A stretch of 64,000 bases of DNA from Novakomyces olei (Eukaryota), in the NCBI GenBank assembly GCA_016906335.1, contig JADEYG010000007.1, positions 1 through 64,000 of the forward strand, given 5' to 3'. The notes below the pieces were generated by a model that was given only the letters and a program-made list of their open reading frames with translations, made no database searches and was not told the origin of the DNA. The position numbers and the translations under genes are program-made. Every line of letters begins with the position of its first letter. The stretch's first letter is position 1. Positions 22,218 to 33,030 of the stretch are shown here, piece by piece.

Positions 22218-23840
22218 GTGGCATTCGATGAATGCGGCGCGATGGAAGACGCGAATCGTAAAAACAGCTTCTCTGCCGGGTTTGAAAATGTGCTGGAAGT
22301 ATGGAAGGCATTTTCCGACATGGCATTCTGCGCGTCTGGAGCAGTCGGTCATATATGTCCATGGCTACTGTCTCTAGACACGAATGTAAAATTGAGTTAT
22401 TTGAATAAAAAGATTCCGTTGCATTCTCCCTGGACGCGTTTCCCATTAGACCTAATGGTCAATTCGAAATCTCATCTGGTGGTGGTTGAGGACGCACTAA
22501 AGTTTTCAGAGCTTTCACTTTATGGACGCCCAGTGTGGGCTTTGTGCAGGCCGGAACATTTAGCTGAGTTTGCTGAGATTAAGCTGCGAGGCGTGGGCCA
22601 AAAAGAAACAGATCTAAATAACATTTGTACTGCGCTAAACGTTTTATCAGTACGGACGCTAGTTGAGCTGATGCCTACTCTTTACTCTGACCCCAGGCTC
22701 AAATTGATAGAAGAAGAAAGTGTCGAAAAAAACATGCGCTATGTTACCGGCTATGAACGTGGAGTTGTCTACACGTGTGCGCCTTCGGAGCCGGCATTAG
22801 CAATTGCATCGCGCAACATGCTGGTTCGAGAATATTCAGCACGCACTGGATGGTGCTTGGCAATTGAGGCGTTGCGTAAGGTGCTGATTCCAAATCTGAA
22901 TTGCGCCAAGGGTGGAATTGGCGAGTTCATAGCGCGAATAATAATGCTCATTGCGGTGGACTCTTGTCTTTCTACAGAAAGTCTATCAAGTACAAGCTTG
23001 ACTACGGTGACGATTAGGACCTTCCTTAATAGCTTAATAGGGCAGGACATCATGGGTCCACTTTCAAAGGACATGACTTGGATCCCACTAGACGACGGAC
23101 ACATCAACTTGACTCATTTTGCGTTCAGTGGGTCCGAAATTGTGGAAATGTCGTCGGCATTTCTATGGTCGTGCTGGAAACGAGGCGCAGGAGTACAGAC
23201 GAGAGACTTACAGACTGGAATCGATGGTATTATTCCTGTTTTTATTGGGAAATCTGGATGGATGAAGATGGCAGTCGGAGATGGCGACAGCGATGAAGAA
23301 GAGGAAGAAGGGCTGGCGTGCAAGTCGATGGCATACATTGCTTGGCAAGTAAAATTTAGAAAAAGCCCTGCTGAGCGAAAATGCGAAGCCGGACCTTGGA
23401 TCTCCGATATTGCAGAGGGCGAGGAGCCGGGCCCGCGAGCTCTGTTTACTCTGCACTATGACTTGGGGCTGGATACAAGTTCCCGACACCCGCGTCCCGA
23501 ATGGGAGGAGTATGATTGTTGTGAATCGCACAAAGAAGGCATTTTGAAGATTCGAGGTTTTTCGCAAAAGACTTTTCCGTGTCTTGCTCAAATGAAAGTC
23601 CCTACTAGTTTGGATTGCTTTAATTCCGAATTAGCTCGGACAGATAAATTGCTGGATGGCGAGGAGTACATACCCGTCAATCGGGCATGGCCAAGACCAG
23701 AACATAAGGTAACAAAGCCACCAAAGATACGTATTTTCCGTCGGAGCCCTTATCCAAGACCAGAAGGTAAGGGAAAAAAGCTAGGCTTGTTCCGTCGGAG
23801 CCCTCGCCTCAAGCAAATAAGAAAACGCAAGCGACAGTGA
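22218..23840 (+). CDS. Crinkler/RHS-like NTPase remnant plus PD-(D/E)xK nuclease-like protein, N-terminally incomplete
   Basis: In-frame LIYVAFDE (Walker B-like), GRPVW, SEPALA, GEFIARIIM, THF, GIDGIIP...QVK; basic C-terminal tail; in-frame stop at 22149 upstream. Confidence 0.55.
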   Translation: MAFDECGAMEDANRKNSFSAGFENVLEVWKAFSDMAFCASGAVGHICPWLLSLDTNVKLSYLNKKIPLHSPWTRFPLDLMVNSKSHLVVVEDALKFSELSLYGRPVWALCRPEHLAEFAEIKLRGVGQKETDLNNICTALNVLSVRTLVELMPTLYSDPRLKLIEEESVEKNMRYVTGYERGVVYTCAPSEPALAIASRNMLVREYSARTGWCLAIEALRKVLIPNLNCAKGGIGEFIARIIMLIAVDSCLSTESLSSTSLTTVTIRTFLNSLIGQDIMGPLSKDMTWIPLDDGHINLTHFAFSGSEIVEMSSAFLWSCWKRGAGVQTRDLQTGIDGIIPVFIGKSGWMKMAVGDGDSDEEEEEGLACKSMAYIAWQVKFRKSPAERKCEAGPWISDIAEGEEPGPRALFTLHYDLGLDTSSRHPRPEWEEYDCCESHKEGILKIRGFSQKTFPCLAQMKVPTSLDCFNSELARTDKLLDGEEYIPVNRAWPRPEHKVTKPPKIRIFRRSPYPRPEGKGKKLGLFRRSPRLKQIRKRKRQ

Positions 23841-24239
23841 ATAATGGAAGGATAAAAGACTACTCGGTGGGCAGAGTTTTGATGCCCTGCATATCATAAG
23901 AGTGCGAGCATTTTAATTCAAGGGTCTATCGTATGTATATATCGCATTTTGCTGTTGGGAGCGTTAATAGGGTTATCGAAAATACTGGTTTGACTAATTT
24001 TAGTAATTTTTCATGTATCATACTTAGAAAAAAGTACCGCGACCATCTGAATAGTAAGCTACGTCTCTCTTTTAACCTTCGTTTCCACACGGCGTGCAAA
24101 CGGCCATATTGATCTCGTCAAAACCTCCACGTTCTACCAAATCCAGTCTTGATCAAGCTACAAATAATCACAAATCACTCGCGCATGGAACATAAAACTT
24201 TATAAAAACACCACAATCTAACCTGAATGTTGAACCTCT

Positions 24240-25825
24240 CTATACATCGTGGAGCAAACGCGTTAAAATATCAGGGCACTCTCCTTCACTTGCAGCTATG
24301 GCATCAGCAAGCAATTGAGCAGCGTGCAAAACTTTTGCGTCCTCACTTTGCCGCAAGCGCTTTAGTGTCTCGAGCAGACGGTCGCGCTTATCTAAGTGAA
24401 AAGTTGATTCTGACAGCGATAGCCAGTCGTCACTTGTCTGTTCAGCAACTTTAGGTTTACTTTCTTTGGTACCTTTTCCCTTGTTCAAGCCAGTAACCGT
24501 CATTGTCCTATCTAAAGCGTCGGTAGCTTTTGGCTGCTCGGTGCCCGCAGGCTTGATTGTGTTATTCTCGGAAATTATTAGGTGTTGCAGCACTGTAGGA
24601 TCCAACTCATCATCAAGTTCAAGGGCAGGTGTAGGCTTTACGGGACTTTGTGCAGTGTTTCCATTACGCACTGTACCAAAATCCCATAAATCATCTGCTA
24701 TCTAGGGATCAAAACTGTCCTCTTTAACCTGCCTTTCACCCGCTTTTGGCTCCTTTTTCGCTATTTGTGACCGTACACGGCCATAGCGACTACGCCAGTC
24801 CAAAATCGACTGTACTAGTTCAGCCAAATTTGCAGACTTTCTCACTCGTGAGACAAACTTGTGCTTTAAAAGCTGTGCAGCAGATGGACGGTACCTTGGG
24901 TCGCGAGCCAGGCACTGAGCGACAAAATCCTGAAAGCTGGATGAGAAGTTTTGAGGCAGCCGAGGAGGCGGCTGCTTGGGAATTAAAAACAGTGCCTTCA
25001 TAGGATGCTTGTCTGAGTGCGGAGGAGCACCCAGTGCCAGCTCAATTGCTGTGATCCCAAGCGACCAGATATCGGCTTTTTCATCGTGGCCCGATTGGCG
25101 AATAACCTCGGGAGCCATCCAGAACGGAGTGCCAACAAACGTGTTTTTCTTGTCAAAAGTCGCAGACAATTGGCCAGAAACACCAAAATCAGCCAATTTC
25201 GCTGTTCCTTGCTCCGTTAATAAAATATTTGCCGCTGTTATTAGTACCACGATTTGGAAAAAGACCCACCTTTTATGTCGCGGTGCAGTTTCCCCTCACT
25301 GTGTAGATACTGTAGGCCCAATCGCACGTCTCGCATTATAGTAGCAATGTCCTCTTCCGCAATGGCAGAAAAGGCCTTTAGCTATCGGTCAGCCACGAAA
25401 CTTACAAGGCACATACGATATCGAGGCAGGATCCCCCGCGACAAAATTCCATGACAATCTTTAGTTAGTTTTTATCCAATACAATACACAAACCCATAGT
25501 TCTGTGCCTTTTATAAAACTGCCATAGTATCTAATGTTAGTTTAAGGGATAAAGCCATGTTACCTTGTAAAGTTCACGGCAGACAGCTGAGCAAGCATTT
25601 GCACCTCCAATGCAATCTCTTCCACTTCATCTTCTGCTGCCTCAAATCAATTATCTTTATGGCTACAGCTGTGTTCGTCTGACGGTCAATGCTAAACAAA
25701 GTTAGGTATAGGGAAAAGTTTAGCATGCAAATACTACCTCACCCTCTGTAGACGGCGCCAAAGCTGCCATAGCCAAGCAGCTCTTTTTTTTCTATTCAAA
25801 GCTCCGGGTCAGTCGTGCTGTTCAT
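24240..25825 (-). pseudogene. STE20/GCK-family kinase pseudogene (MST3/Ppk11-like), spliced
   Basis: [43 protein letters not shown]; in-frame TGA at codon 10, frameshift after IIDL, stop at 24702 before WDFGTVR. Confidence 0.82.
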
Positions 25826-25954
25826 TGTCGAAATAATGCGCTTTCGTTTTATCAGCGAATCAACGATGCAATATAGAAGACAGCTTGTCTATATATTAAT
25901 TCGCGTTTTGAATTTGTAGATTATGAGATTGTACGTGGTCACGTGACGGGCATC

Positions 25955-26137
25955 TTTTTAAGTGTTAATTGTTTTAATTAACCCCATACAATAAACCCCC
26001 CATATATTAAAGTTTATGTTAAATATTTTCCAAAGTACCGAATAACCCTGACATAACTAACCCTTTTTAGGTGTTAATTGTTTTAATTAAACCCCATACA
26101 ATAAACCCCACATACATTATTATTTCCCAAAGTACCG
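25955..26137. repeat. About 110-bp AT-rich direct repeat with telomere-like seeds between copies
   Basis: GTGTTAATTGTTTTAATTAACCCCATACAATAAACCC twice; TAACCCTGAC and AACTAACCCT at 26043-26064. Confidence 0.7.
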
Positions 26138-26695
26138 CATTATTCGGTCTGGAATATGTATAGGGCTTCTTTTTGACCTGCCCATATAATAATTTAACAG
26201 AAATGTAAGCATGTTCCTAAAAGGGAAGTTTCTAGTTATTCATATAGCAGAAATAATAAAATTATAATTAAATCTGTTAGTATTCTTATTAGCCCAATTT
26301 TAGATTCCGCGAAAAGTCACGTGGTACAAAGTCATGTGCGTGTCTAAATTTTGCGCCATACGAAACAGCAGTGCAATAGTGCATTTGAGGCCTTTAAGAT
26401 GAAACTTCCATGGGCGCCAAATAAAAGCTGCTCATTTTCTGATTTAGAAAAGGATGAAATAAAACCACTCTTTCCACCGAATTACGAGTCGCACGGCTTT
26501 GGGATTGGTACATCTGCTATTAATACATTTATTGATCTATACTAAACATCAAAGATTGCTTTATGCCGGAGCAGGAAGACACGGGAGGCCAGAAATCCCT
26601 ATTGCGTAAGTATTGCCATCGACATCTAAAATTGGTTTTAACTGTTCGCAGAACGCTTTCAAGATTTCGGTCGGCCTATCGTATTTGGTACTGCA

Positions 26696-27388
26696 TTGGT
26701 TTTGGCAATAGTGAACGTCATTTTGGCAGTTTTGCTAAGAAATAACATACTGTCCCTGTGCCTTAGGCAGCTTATGGCCATCTTTTTTTCAATCTTCGCG
26801 TCTGCGCTGCTTACGGACCAGATTCGCCGGCCGCGAATCGTCGAAACGGTTGTGAGTTCTGTATTCGGAGGGCTGTTCGTGTCAGCAATTGCGGCCTATA
26901 CGGGACACAGCGTGCACTTGAATTTGGGAGGATCGTTTTCAGGCACTTTAATTTATGTCGACCTAGTGTTGCTTTCGCTGACAAGATGCCATACATCGAC
27001 TTCTTGGGTTAGGAACGGAATTAGGCGTACTATAGCGGCCTTATCGCATGCTATAGGGGCCTATTTTCAGGCTATAGGGGCCTATTTTCAGGCTATAGGG
27101 GCCTATTTTCGGGACATAGTTTCAAGAGATACAGAAATTAATGCTCTATTTGAGCAAGGCTTGCCAGTAAACAATAATAATGAGGCTACGGGGTCTTCTT
27201 TGGGATCGGCAAACGCCCATGAGTTACAGGAAATGGGACAGGGATCTTCGACTCGAATTGAAACGAATCTGTCACATCACGAGCCACCGGATTCAGGATC
27301 CGAATATCTGGATGGAAGCGAGAGTCATGCTGTAGTTGAATTGCCAAGTACACGGCGCTCTCAAAGAATTGCCGCCCAATCAAACTAG
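26696..27388 (+). CDS. Hypothetical membrane protein (3' exon; upstream exons probably from about 26399)
   Basis: Several hydrophobic segments, AIGAYF repeated three times (21-bp repeat near 27050-27110), polar tail. Confidence 0.45.
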   Translation: MVLAIVNVILAVLLRNNILSLCLRQLMAIFFSIFASALLTDQIRRPRIVETVVSSVFGGLFVSAIAAYTGHSVHLNLGGSFSGTLIYVDLVLLSLTRCHTSTSWVRNGIRRTIAALSHAIGAYFQAIGAYFQAIGAYFRDIVSRDTEINALFEQGLPVNNNNEATGSSLGSANAHELQEMGQGSSTRIETNLSHHEPPDSGSEYLDGSESHAVVELPSTRRSQRIAAQSN

Positions 27389-28187
27389 CGAAGCTTTAGG
27401 ACCTACACTGGCTTCGTTTAGCAAGCAGCTGATTTCTATTATTTATAATTATTTTCTGGTCGGCTTGGATAGGTTCCAGGAGTGAGGGCTATTTCGCATT
27501 TCTACCATGGACACTATTTCGTTTTCCAATAAGCGTTGCTTTATTTAGTTTACAGCATTTTAGTTCCAGGGGAGTTTTTGGTATCATATATCTGCTTTAA
27601 TTGAACTTTCAAGTTGACATTCTCTATTAAATTTTAAAGGTATTTTCCATTGCAATTGTAAATTTCCTTTTTGTCAGGGGCCCAATTATACATTTTATAT
27701 CGGAAATACAGCTTCGATTAATTTTAGTAGTTTTTCATCTTTCATCTTTTAGAATTACCACAATCAACTATATACTAAGCTATGCGCCTCCGCTACCGCT
27801 ATCGCATATGCTCGCATGTGCTGGGGTTGCTAGCACATGCGCCGAATGCACCCGCACCGATGTTGCCATCGATTGTTTCAATTTTCCCGCGTCTCCCGGA
27901 AGAATCTTTGTTTTTTAGAAATCATGGACTTCCAACCTCAATTCGAAATTAGATTACACAATGTGATACAATGGCATTTGCAACAGAGAAGCATCTTTTG
28001 CTTCGATCCTGAATCAATTAAAATACTTAGTGAACATAAGGAGTTCAAAACGAAAACCTCGAGTAATATGCATTTGAACAAAATATGCTTCTCCGTTTTA
28101 CTGAAAATAGTTGCGGAACCCTTAAAGCAACCGACTATTAATTACATGTAACGGGAGTTTAGGAAGGTGACGAATTAAAAGTAAAAC

Positions 28188-29780
28188 TTATCTTAAATGT
28201 GCATGATCCTCATGACCCTCTATTCCTTCTTTTTCATCAAAATCTGCCCAAGGCTCCCATTCATCTTCAAAAAGCTTTTCCAACCGCTCTTGTTTTTTTT
28301 CATCGGAAATTTTCATATTGTCTAGCACTCGATCAAAGGCTTTCATTTCACTCTTTGTCAGCAAACATTTATCAAATGCCTCCTTAAGACCCTGATTCTG
28401 CAAATTTTCTGCGATCATAACAATTTCTTGACGACGATCATCATATTTGCCTTTATAATCGTTTTTGATAGAGTCAACAACATCTGGGTTATCCGGCCAA
28501 TCTTCGGGTTTTAATTCACAAAACCATTTATTGCCACCGGAAACTGTAAGTATTCCACCAGCTTGAGATAGTTCACCGTAATGACTGTTCCTGGTTGCTA
28601 GCCATATGTAGCCTTTACTGCGCAAAAGTCCAGAAAATATTGGCGAAGCTTTTTTGTTAGCAAGACGCTGTGCTGCCTTTTCTTGATCGAGCCGTTCATC
28701 TTCTGAGTCGATGCTTGAATTAGTTGGCGAATTCAAAGACATGCAGTCACTATCTATATCCGATGTTCCTTCTTCAACCTCGATTCCGAGATCTTGGGAA
28801 GTCTGAACAATGACAAAAAAAAGGCTTAGAAGATCCCAGAGTCTCCGTGGATGAAATGGACGTCTTGATGTATACACAAAACTGCTAATTCCATATTCTT
28901 CTGTCTCCGGTTTAGGTACATTTCGCATTACGCCGTTTATTTCGCGCTGTGATGACTCAAAAAGGCTATGAAGCCAGCCAGCACCCATTGAAGCTGTTTC
29001 AAAGTCAAAGCGCTTAGTGTTCAAAATCTCCGTAGGGTCAATATCGCAATAGCTAGTGCAAATTACTTTGGCAGTTGGATTCAATTTTTGTGCCAATCCA
29101 TGAATCCGCTCACGTATTTTCGGTGCAACTGAATCACATTTGTTGATTAAAATGACATTTGCAAATTCAAGCTGATCCACCATAAGATCTGTAATATTTC
29201 GCTCGTCCTGTTGATCAACATCTTGAAAACGGTCAGAAAGATAATCGGCTGTCTCAAAGTTGCTGAAAAAATTGAATGCATCTACGACTGTGACACAGGT
29301 GTCTAATCGTGTAATTTTGTTTAATCCACCTTTATCGAATATCTCTTGGAGAAGCGAATTTGCTTTAGGGGAAGTGCCATTTTCAGGGCTCAACATATCT
29401 TCCATAACTGCCTTTGAGAATTCAAAGCTAAACGTTTCTGCAACTTGCATTGGCTCTGAAATACCACTAGACTCAATAAGCAAATAGTTTATGGCTTTCT
29501 GTTTTGTTATAGCAATGATTTCTTCGAGTAAGTCTTCGCGCAATGTGCAGCATATACATCCGTTTTGCATCTCAATAATTTTCTCCTCCTTCTGTACCAT
29601 CTTGTGACCCTTAATTAAATTTGCGTCTACATTTATGGCACCCATATCGTTCACAATGATGGCACATTTCAACGATGAGTTACGATTGTTCAATATGCGT
29701 TCTAGCAATGTAGTTTTCCCACTGCCAAGGAAGCCTGATAATATTGTGACTGGTAATCGCGAGTCGGGTTCGGTCACCAT
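28188..29780 (-). CDS. CobW/COG0523 (ZNG1-type) zinc metallochaperone GTPase
   Basis: GFLGSGKT, NGCICC, ESSG, NKCD, RPFHP, RSKG, RRQEIV; His-rich end. Confidence 0.92.
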   Translation of the reverse strand: MVTEPDSRLPVTILSGFLGSGKTTLLERILNNRNSSLKCAIIVNDMGAINVDANLIKGHKMVQKEEKIIEMQNGCICCTLREDLLEEIIAITKQKAINYLLIESSGISEPMQVAETFSFEFSKAVMEDMLSPENGTSPKANSLLQEIFDKGGLNKITRLDTCVTVVDAFNFFSNFETADYLSDRFQDVDQQDERNITDLMVDQLEFANVILINKCDSVAPKIRERIHGLAQKLNPTAKVICTSYCDIDPTEILNTKRFDFETASMGAGWLHSLFESSQREINGVMRNVPKPETEEYGISSFVYTSRRPFHPRRLWDLLSLFFVIVQTSQDLGIEVEEGTSDIDSDCMSLNSPTNSSIDSEDERLDQEKAAQRLANKKASPIFSGLLRSKGYIWLATRNSHYGELSQAGGILTVSGGNKWFCELKPEDWPDNPDVVDSIKNDYKGKYDDRRQEIVMIAENLQNQGLKEAFDKCLLTKSEMKAFDRVLDNMKISDEKKQERLEKLFEDEWEPWADFDEKEGIEGHEDHAHLR

Positions 29781-31516
29781 GATTTTGGTTTATAGGCAAA
29801 CTTAATATGCCCCCTCTCAATGGGAAGAGTATGATCGATATATATATACGTTCGTCTAGCTCAAGCCACGCTCGTTGCACGCAAACATGCCGCCCTCACA
29901 AACATACGCTGTAGGCTTTTCTCTCCAAAAATTACCTGATTTGGAAGTTCATAATCTTTCAATCGACCTTGGCGGTAGTCTTATTAGCGATAAGCTAATT
30001 TGATTTGTGGTCAGCTCTATATGCGCACAGATTATTGCGCCTCTAATTGGCCGAACAACTCTACACGCGTATTTGTCTTTAATTCACTGAAATGCTTGAT
30101 CCGACCGTTTCTTATTGGCTGCAGCAGCTTTTTCCATTTGTTCACTTTTTATTGTATGTAGCTTCACCTTTCTAGTGCTTTTGTTATACCACCTGTCGCA
30201 ATTGTTGTCGAGATCTATTTTGGCGAAAATATTCGCCGCCCTTTTTTTACGTGAAATACAGGATTTCGGCCATTTTAAAAATATAGTAAATAAGCGCAAT
30301 TACTCGGTATATGTAATATAAAATTCATAGTAAGCCAAACAAATTTAGGAAAAACAGAGCCTTTGCATCTTGCGCTAAGACGTAGTTTGAACATTCCTTT
30401 TGCCCCCATCTCTACTGTTTACAAGAGGCAGCTGGGCTGGCTAGAATTAACATTTGTACTGAGAGAAATAAATAACAGGGACTATGCCCTGCTTATTGTG
30501 GTTCAAGAAAAATCACGTATCCAAGCTTCCAGGAAAAACTCAAGAAATTAATCGATCTGAAGAAAAGAATGTTGTCACACCTAATTAATCCTGGTTACGC
30601 CTGCTTCCGGTCAAGATTTGCATAATAAAACTTGAAATTGATATATAAACTCAAAAACGATTCAAGGCAAATGCAGCTTGATCTGCTCTTTTAGCTCTTT
30701 TCCTCCGCATGTACTTCAATTGCATAGTTGTTCAACAAGCTCGGTCGTTGGGCCTCAATTTGCATCTTGCCCGAAAACTCATCAGTAAGACCCTGCCAAA
30801 TAGACAAAATGCTGTAGCGGCTATCGTAAATGGAATAAATAGTAACACAATCAAAACGTATAAATAGCCAGATAACACTAAAATCAAGCCAACTCATTAA
30901 ACATGATCTAGGAAATGCATAGAGCGAGTCGCATATAGCGGCGCATTTCACATAACCCAGTAACAAGAAGGCAAATACTAAGGCTAAGATTTCGGCGTTT
31001 CTGCTTTAACTAGCTTGAGCTCATCATCTTCAGAAATCTCAGTCTCGTAATATTCTTTGTGAATATCGGCATTATTTGCGAAATTTCTGGTCATTCTCAA
31101 TCCCTTCGTTTAATTCTGGCCATTTCATCTTGTTCTCGCCCCATATGGGCGTGCAGACAGTCATTACCGGAAAGGGCGTCAAAATGGTTGTGATACAGCC
31201 AGCTAAAGCTGACCAATGCTCATCTATCGAGGTTAGTCCACAGCATGGGGCTTCTGATTACACCACTCTCTGGGCGAGAGCGTCTTTGCTTCTCTCTCTA
31301 CTCCCTGCTCTCTCTCCCCTTTCGTCTCGGGGAAGCTCCGTGCTTAGAGCACTAATGCGTAATGCTGTATGCTATCTACCCCCCAATCGAAGAAGGTGCA
31401 AAATATATTGATCTGTTACAACCCGCAGCTTTTACCGGTTCTGAGTGAGAGCTCGTTAAGAGACCGGATAGCGGAGCTGTCTTGGAGCACATTACAACAT
31501 CCTTCCATTGTCCTCG

Positions 31517-32542
31517 ATGACTGCTGCTACCGTGGACAAGGCGCAGGAGATATTTGCGTCGCCCGCAGAGGCGGCCAACAAAAAGTACGGGTCGTGCAGT
31601 CTGCAGAAAGCGCTGGAAGCATTGTCTCAGGATGGGTTTGCTGTACTGAAGGGTGTTGTTGATGTGGCACACGTGGACGCGATCAACAAGGCTATGGCCG
31701 CTGAGACTCCCGAGCTCCTGGGCAGGCAGAACATCAGTTTCAACCACAAGGTCAAAAGTAGGACTTGCTTATCTCTCGCTCGTAACTAATAATACTAGCC
31801 AATATCTTACAGACAGCCCCGACTTACCGCGAAGACTTGCAGTTTGAGGACGTGTATTTTAACCCGTTTGTGATCCAAGTGATGAATGCGTAAGTAACAA
31901 GGGGATGTATGTAGCTGACTACGGAGATATCTCGGGTCAAAGGTCAAATGGAACTTTATGACAGGCAACAATGCTCTGAAGAACACGGCGGAGCGGCAGC
32001 CTGTGCACAAGGATGTCCGCTTCAATCATCCACAGTGTCCCTTTTTCGTGATTGCGAACGTCCCGCTCGTCGACTTTAGCAAGGAAAACGGCTCGACTGA
32101 GTTTTGGCTGGGCTCTAACGTACATGCTGCCGGCTCTGAGCAATTTAGTGCCACCGAGGCAGATGCCGCGGCAGACCCGAGCAAGAAGCAGCGTGCTGGA
32201 GACCCCATGTGTCCCGTCAGACCGGAGGTGGTGGAAGCGCGGCGGGCCATCCGACCCCCCGTCCAGCCGGTCTGTCAGCGTGGAGACATCATGCTGCGTG
32301 ACCTGAGGACATGGCACGCCGGAATGCCGAATGAGTCTGACAGTGACCGTATCATGATCGCTCTGGGTTACCAGGCTCCCTGGTACCCCAACTATGGTAT
32401 CAGACTGAATCTCCTGGCGGAGTCAGCAAACTTTTTTATGGCCGATCGTGGTGTAGAGGTCGTCGCTCAGCTGTGGAACTCACTGGATGAGCTCAAAAGC
32501 CATCTGCATCAAGACAATTTCGACTTTCGGCCCACAGTGTGA
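31517..32542 (+). CDS. Phytanoyl-CoA dioxygenase (PhyH) family 2OG/Fe(II) dioxygenase, 2 introns
   Basis: DGFAVL, QPVHKD (HxD), NGSTEFWLGS, RTWHAGMPN.SD..RIM; introns about 31759-31799 and 31890-31927. Confidence 0.85.
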
Positions 32543-32685
32543 GAGGAAATTGCTCGGTTTAGCCTGGCGTGCATTGTCCGAATTCTACTAGATCTATTAA
32601 TGGTTAGATAACCTCTGCTGTAATTTATAAGTGTGACATTAAGTAGCTCTTGTTCAAGCCTCGGCGGCAGCGGCGCAAGCCCGGC

Positions 32686-33030
32686 CTACAAGAGGCATAA
32701 TGTCCAGAATAGAAAACGCGAGTCCATATACACCACGTCAGGTGCCCGAGTAAGATCCACTAAGGGCATGTAGTCATGAACGCGAGTATCATATAGGGAG
32801 AAGAGTTTGTTTATCTCAGCAGAGCTTAGTTCCGGCTCTAGTAGTTGCTCAGTGTAGGCATTCCTCACATCGGTAGCAATTGTACTGAGCGGGATAGGCT
32901 CAGGCACAAGCACATATTGCCGTGCGAGTCTTGCGCAGCGAGTACACGACTGTCGGCCAGGTCTACGATCGCAACGCAGCTTTGAGTGACGGCACAAGAC
33001 ACACAACCCGAACCGATTTTGACTTGGCAT
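32686..33030 (-). pseudogene. Truncated Zn2Cys6 transcription factor
   Basis: CVLCRHSKLRCD...CTRCARL with the sixth Cys replaced by Tyr; stops after 114 aa at the start of the middle homology region. Confidence 0.6.

Noticed and set aside
29940-31400. Possible decayed gene or transposase remnant
   Set aside because: Short ORFs with no motif I can assign
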